From an uncultured bacterium (lineage in GTDB: Bacteria; Elusimicrobiota; Elusimicrobia; Elusimicrobiales; Elusimicrobiaceae), in assembly GCA_949296525.1 (NCBI GenBank), contig CASFOP010000005.1:13519-77518 (forward strand): a stretch of DNA of 64,000 nucleotides. The letters run 5' to 3'. Positions 62,381 through 64,000 of the stretch are shown here, one piece after another (the first letter of the stretch is position 1; each line of letters opens with the position of its first letter). Under the pieces are notes generated by a model. It saw only the letters and a program-made list of their open reading frames with translations, searched no databases and was not told the DNA's origin. The translations under genes were made by a program, and so were the position numbers.

Positions 62381-62881
62381 TTAAAAACTACAATAGCCGG
62401 AGTCCGCACCACTGCATACAATGGTAATCCCTTTACAATACTTGGAAGCGCCATACACCTTACCCTTACAGTATCGTCTGTAACTATTATCCAGTTTTAT
62501 ACGCATATGCAAACTATACCCATCCTTCCCCGTCACGGCTTCTCCGCTTTCTGAGATACGGTCGCACGTTATATCAAAAAATTGTCCGTAACTCGTTACT
62601 TCCGCGCTAATTTTAAAGTTTTTTGTTAAAAAATATTTTTTATCTTCAGAAAGTCCAGGTATACTAATATCCAAAAGGCTTAAATCCAATCCGTTAAAAT
62701 CCCCGGGGTTAGCCAAATGCCAACGCACCGTAGCCCCATGTATGGAAGACATCCACATAAGCGCTTCTGATGCACGGGTTTTTTCCACCGACATCTTATA
62801 CATAGGCAGCGCCACCGCCGCCAATATGGCGATAATCAACACCACCACCAATAGTTCAATTAACGTAAAGCCTTTTTTCAT
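62381..62881 (-). CDS. Prepilin-type pilin-like protein
   Basis: From the ATG at 62881 (AGGAG upstream): MKKG|FTLIELLVVVLIIAILAA. It is AT-richer than neighbouring genes and has a Cys-rich C-terminus. Confidence 0.8.
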   Translation of the reverse strand: MKKGFTLIELLVVVLIIAILAAVALPMYKMSVEKTRASEALMWMSSIHGATVRWHLANPGDFNGLDLSLLDISIPGLSEDKKYFLTKNFKISAEVTSYGQFFDITCDRISESGEAVTGKDGYSLHMRIKLDNSYRRYCKGKVYGASKYCKGITIVCSGADSGYCSF

Positions 62882-62947
62882 TTTATCTCCTATACGCATA
62901 CAATCCAACAAAAAGCCCTGCAACGGCTTTTTATTTTTTTCATGTAT

Positions 62948-62975
62948 AGGGTATCAAAAAAAAAAAACAAGTCAA
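62948..62975 (-). promoter_or_regulatory. Pilin cassette promoter TTGACT-TG-T12-GA-TACCCT (variant with ~60-nt leader)
   Basis: -10 at 62948-62953, homopolymer at 62956-62967, -35 at 62970-62975. Confidence 0.45.
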
Positions 62976-63182
62976 GGGGAGAGGTATTTTCAACAAATAA
63001 ACAGCCACGACAAACGACCTAACAACAAAGACAAAAAACAGGAAGAACTCCTAAAAAAAGTACAGGGCGGGACTATATTATACTGTAAGAATGACTGTAT
63101 AAAATAAATCATCGGGGCTGACTTTTAAAATAAAATGTCATTGCGGATTTAATCACCATCCCCTTTGTCCGGGTTAATTTAT

Positions 63183-63220
63183 AAAAACAGGCGGGGCACA
63201 ATAAAATTTTGCCCCGCCTG
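63183..63220 (-). terminator. Intrinsic terminator after etfA
   Basis: An 11-bp stem CAGGCGGGGCA/TGCCCCGCCTG plus T5 on the minus strand. Confidence 0.75.
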
Positions 63221-63243
63221 TACAAACCTTCGTCCGTAAGCCG

Positions 63244-64000
63244 TTATTTATTTTTGGCTTTTTTAACGGCGTCCACCACCTTGGGCATCAACTGGCGCGC
63301 ATCACCCACAAACCCGTATTTGCATACGTTGAAAATGGGGGCGTTGGCGTCTTTGTTCACGGCGATAATCACGTCGCTGTGTTCCATGCCCACGATATGC
63401 TGCACCGCTCCGGAAATACCGCACGCCACATACAGCTTGGCCGCTACGGTAACGCCGGACTGGCCGACCTGTTTTTCTTTGGGCTTTAGCCCCAGGTCAA
63501 TGGCCGCGCGGGAAGCACCCACCGCGCCGCCCAGTTCGGCGGCCAGCTGCTCCAGCACGTCAAAACCGGCTTTGTCTTTCATACCGCGCCCGCCGGCGAT
63601 GACCACTTCGGCTTCGTCCAGCTTGTCCTGCGCGGAGGTTTCGTCAAAGTGTTTGCTGATGATGCGCACGCGGCCCGCTTCAGCCGGCACGGCAATGGTT
63701 TCATTGACGATTTGCGCCATGCTGCCCGGGCGCGTAACCACTTTCTTAAACACATTGGGGCGCACGGTGGACATTTGCGGGCGGTAATCCGGGCATTTGA
63801 TATCGGCCATAATGTTGCCGCCGAAAGCCGGACGGGTCTGTATCAAAAGCCCGTCGGCAATGGACAGGCCCGTGCAGTCCGCCGTCAACCCCACAAAGAG
63901 TTCCGAAGAAATACGCGGGGACAAATCGCGCCCGATATAGGTGGACGGATACAGCACCACGCTGGGGTTATACTTTTTAATCAAGGCCACCATGGCATTG
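63244..64000 (-). CDS. etfA: Electron transfer flavoprotein alpha subunit (5'-truncated by window end)
   Basis: FAD-binding C-terminal domain: VIAGGRG, GASRAA, QVGQSG, LYVACGISGAVQH. The reading frame stays open to the window edge. Confidence 0.85.
   Translation of the reverse strand, partial: NAMVALIKKYNPSVVLYPSTYIGRDLSPRISSELFVGLTADCTGLSIADGLLIQTRPAFGGNIMADIKCPDYRPQMSTVRPNVFKKVVTRPGSMAQIVNETIAVPAEAGRVRIISKHFDETSAQDKLDEAEVVIAGGRGMKDKAGFDVLEQLAAELGGAVGASRAAIDLGLKPKEKQVGQSGVTVAAKLYVACGISGAVQHIVGMEHSDVIIAVNKDANAPIFNVCKYGFVGDARQLMPKVVDAVKKAKNK

Overview
This is a 64-kb chromosomal segment from a fairly GC-rich bacterium. It holds about 60 tightly packed protein genes, three tRNAs (Glu-UUC, Lys-UUU, Leu-UAA) and a tmRNA. 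I saw no rRNA, CRISPR array, transposase, integrase or reverse transcriptase. Most genes are housekeeping: argS, efp with two M24 Xaa-Pro peptidases, ruvAB, queH/queA/tgt, rnhB, rsmA, rsmI, rsfS, tsaC, psd/pssA, malQ, a phosphohexomutase, mgsA, dacB and msrBA. Envelope and accessory genes include a ~1980-aa alpha-2-macroglobulin-like protein, an AsmA-like protein, a beta-barrel OMP, a pair of ankyrin-repeat genes, MATE, ClC and MarC transporters, and an LplT-Aas fusion under a MarR gene. Six scattered genes encode prepilin-type (type IV pilin or pseudopilin-like) proteins with an FTLIELLVVVLIIGILAA-type N-terminus. That trait is reminiscent of Elusimicrobia-like genomes, but this is inference only. 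The observations most worth a second look are: (1) a self-contained promoter/166-nt/terminator unit just downstream of tRNA-Glu, closed by a copy of the tRNA-Glu acceptor stem and flanked by a 51-bp direct repeat; (2) a conserved promoter cassette in front of four pilin-like paralogs whose -35/-10 spacer is a T12 homopolymer, a candidate phase-variation switch; (3) a recurrent -10 hexamer/6-7 nt/ATG arrangement at 12 or more genes, implying leaderless mRNAs; (4) an AT-rich XRE/ImmA/Fic-fragment islet; (5) smaller oddities, namely an in-frame 24-bp tandem duplication in a pilin gene, a non-canonical EF-P loop, RsfS with a histone-H1-like tail, an unusual tmRNA tag, and a promoter+terminator unit between queA and tgt. 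All functional calls come from motif recognition by eye. No database search was run.
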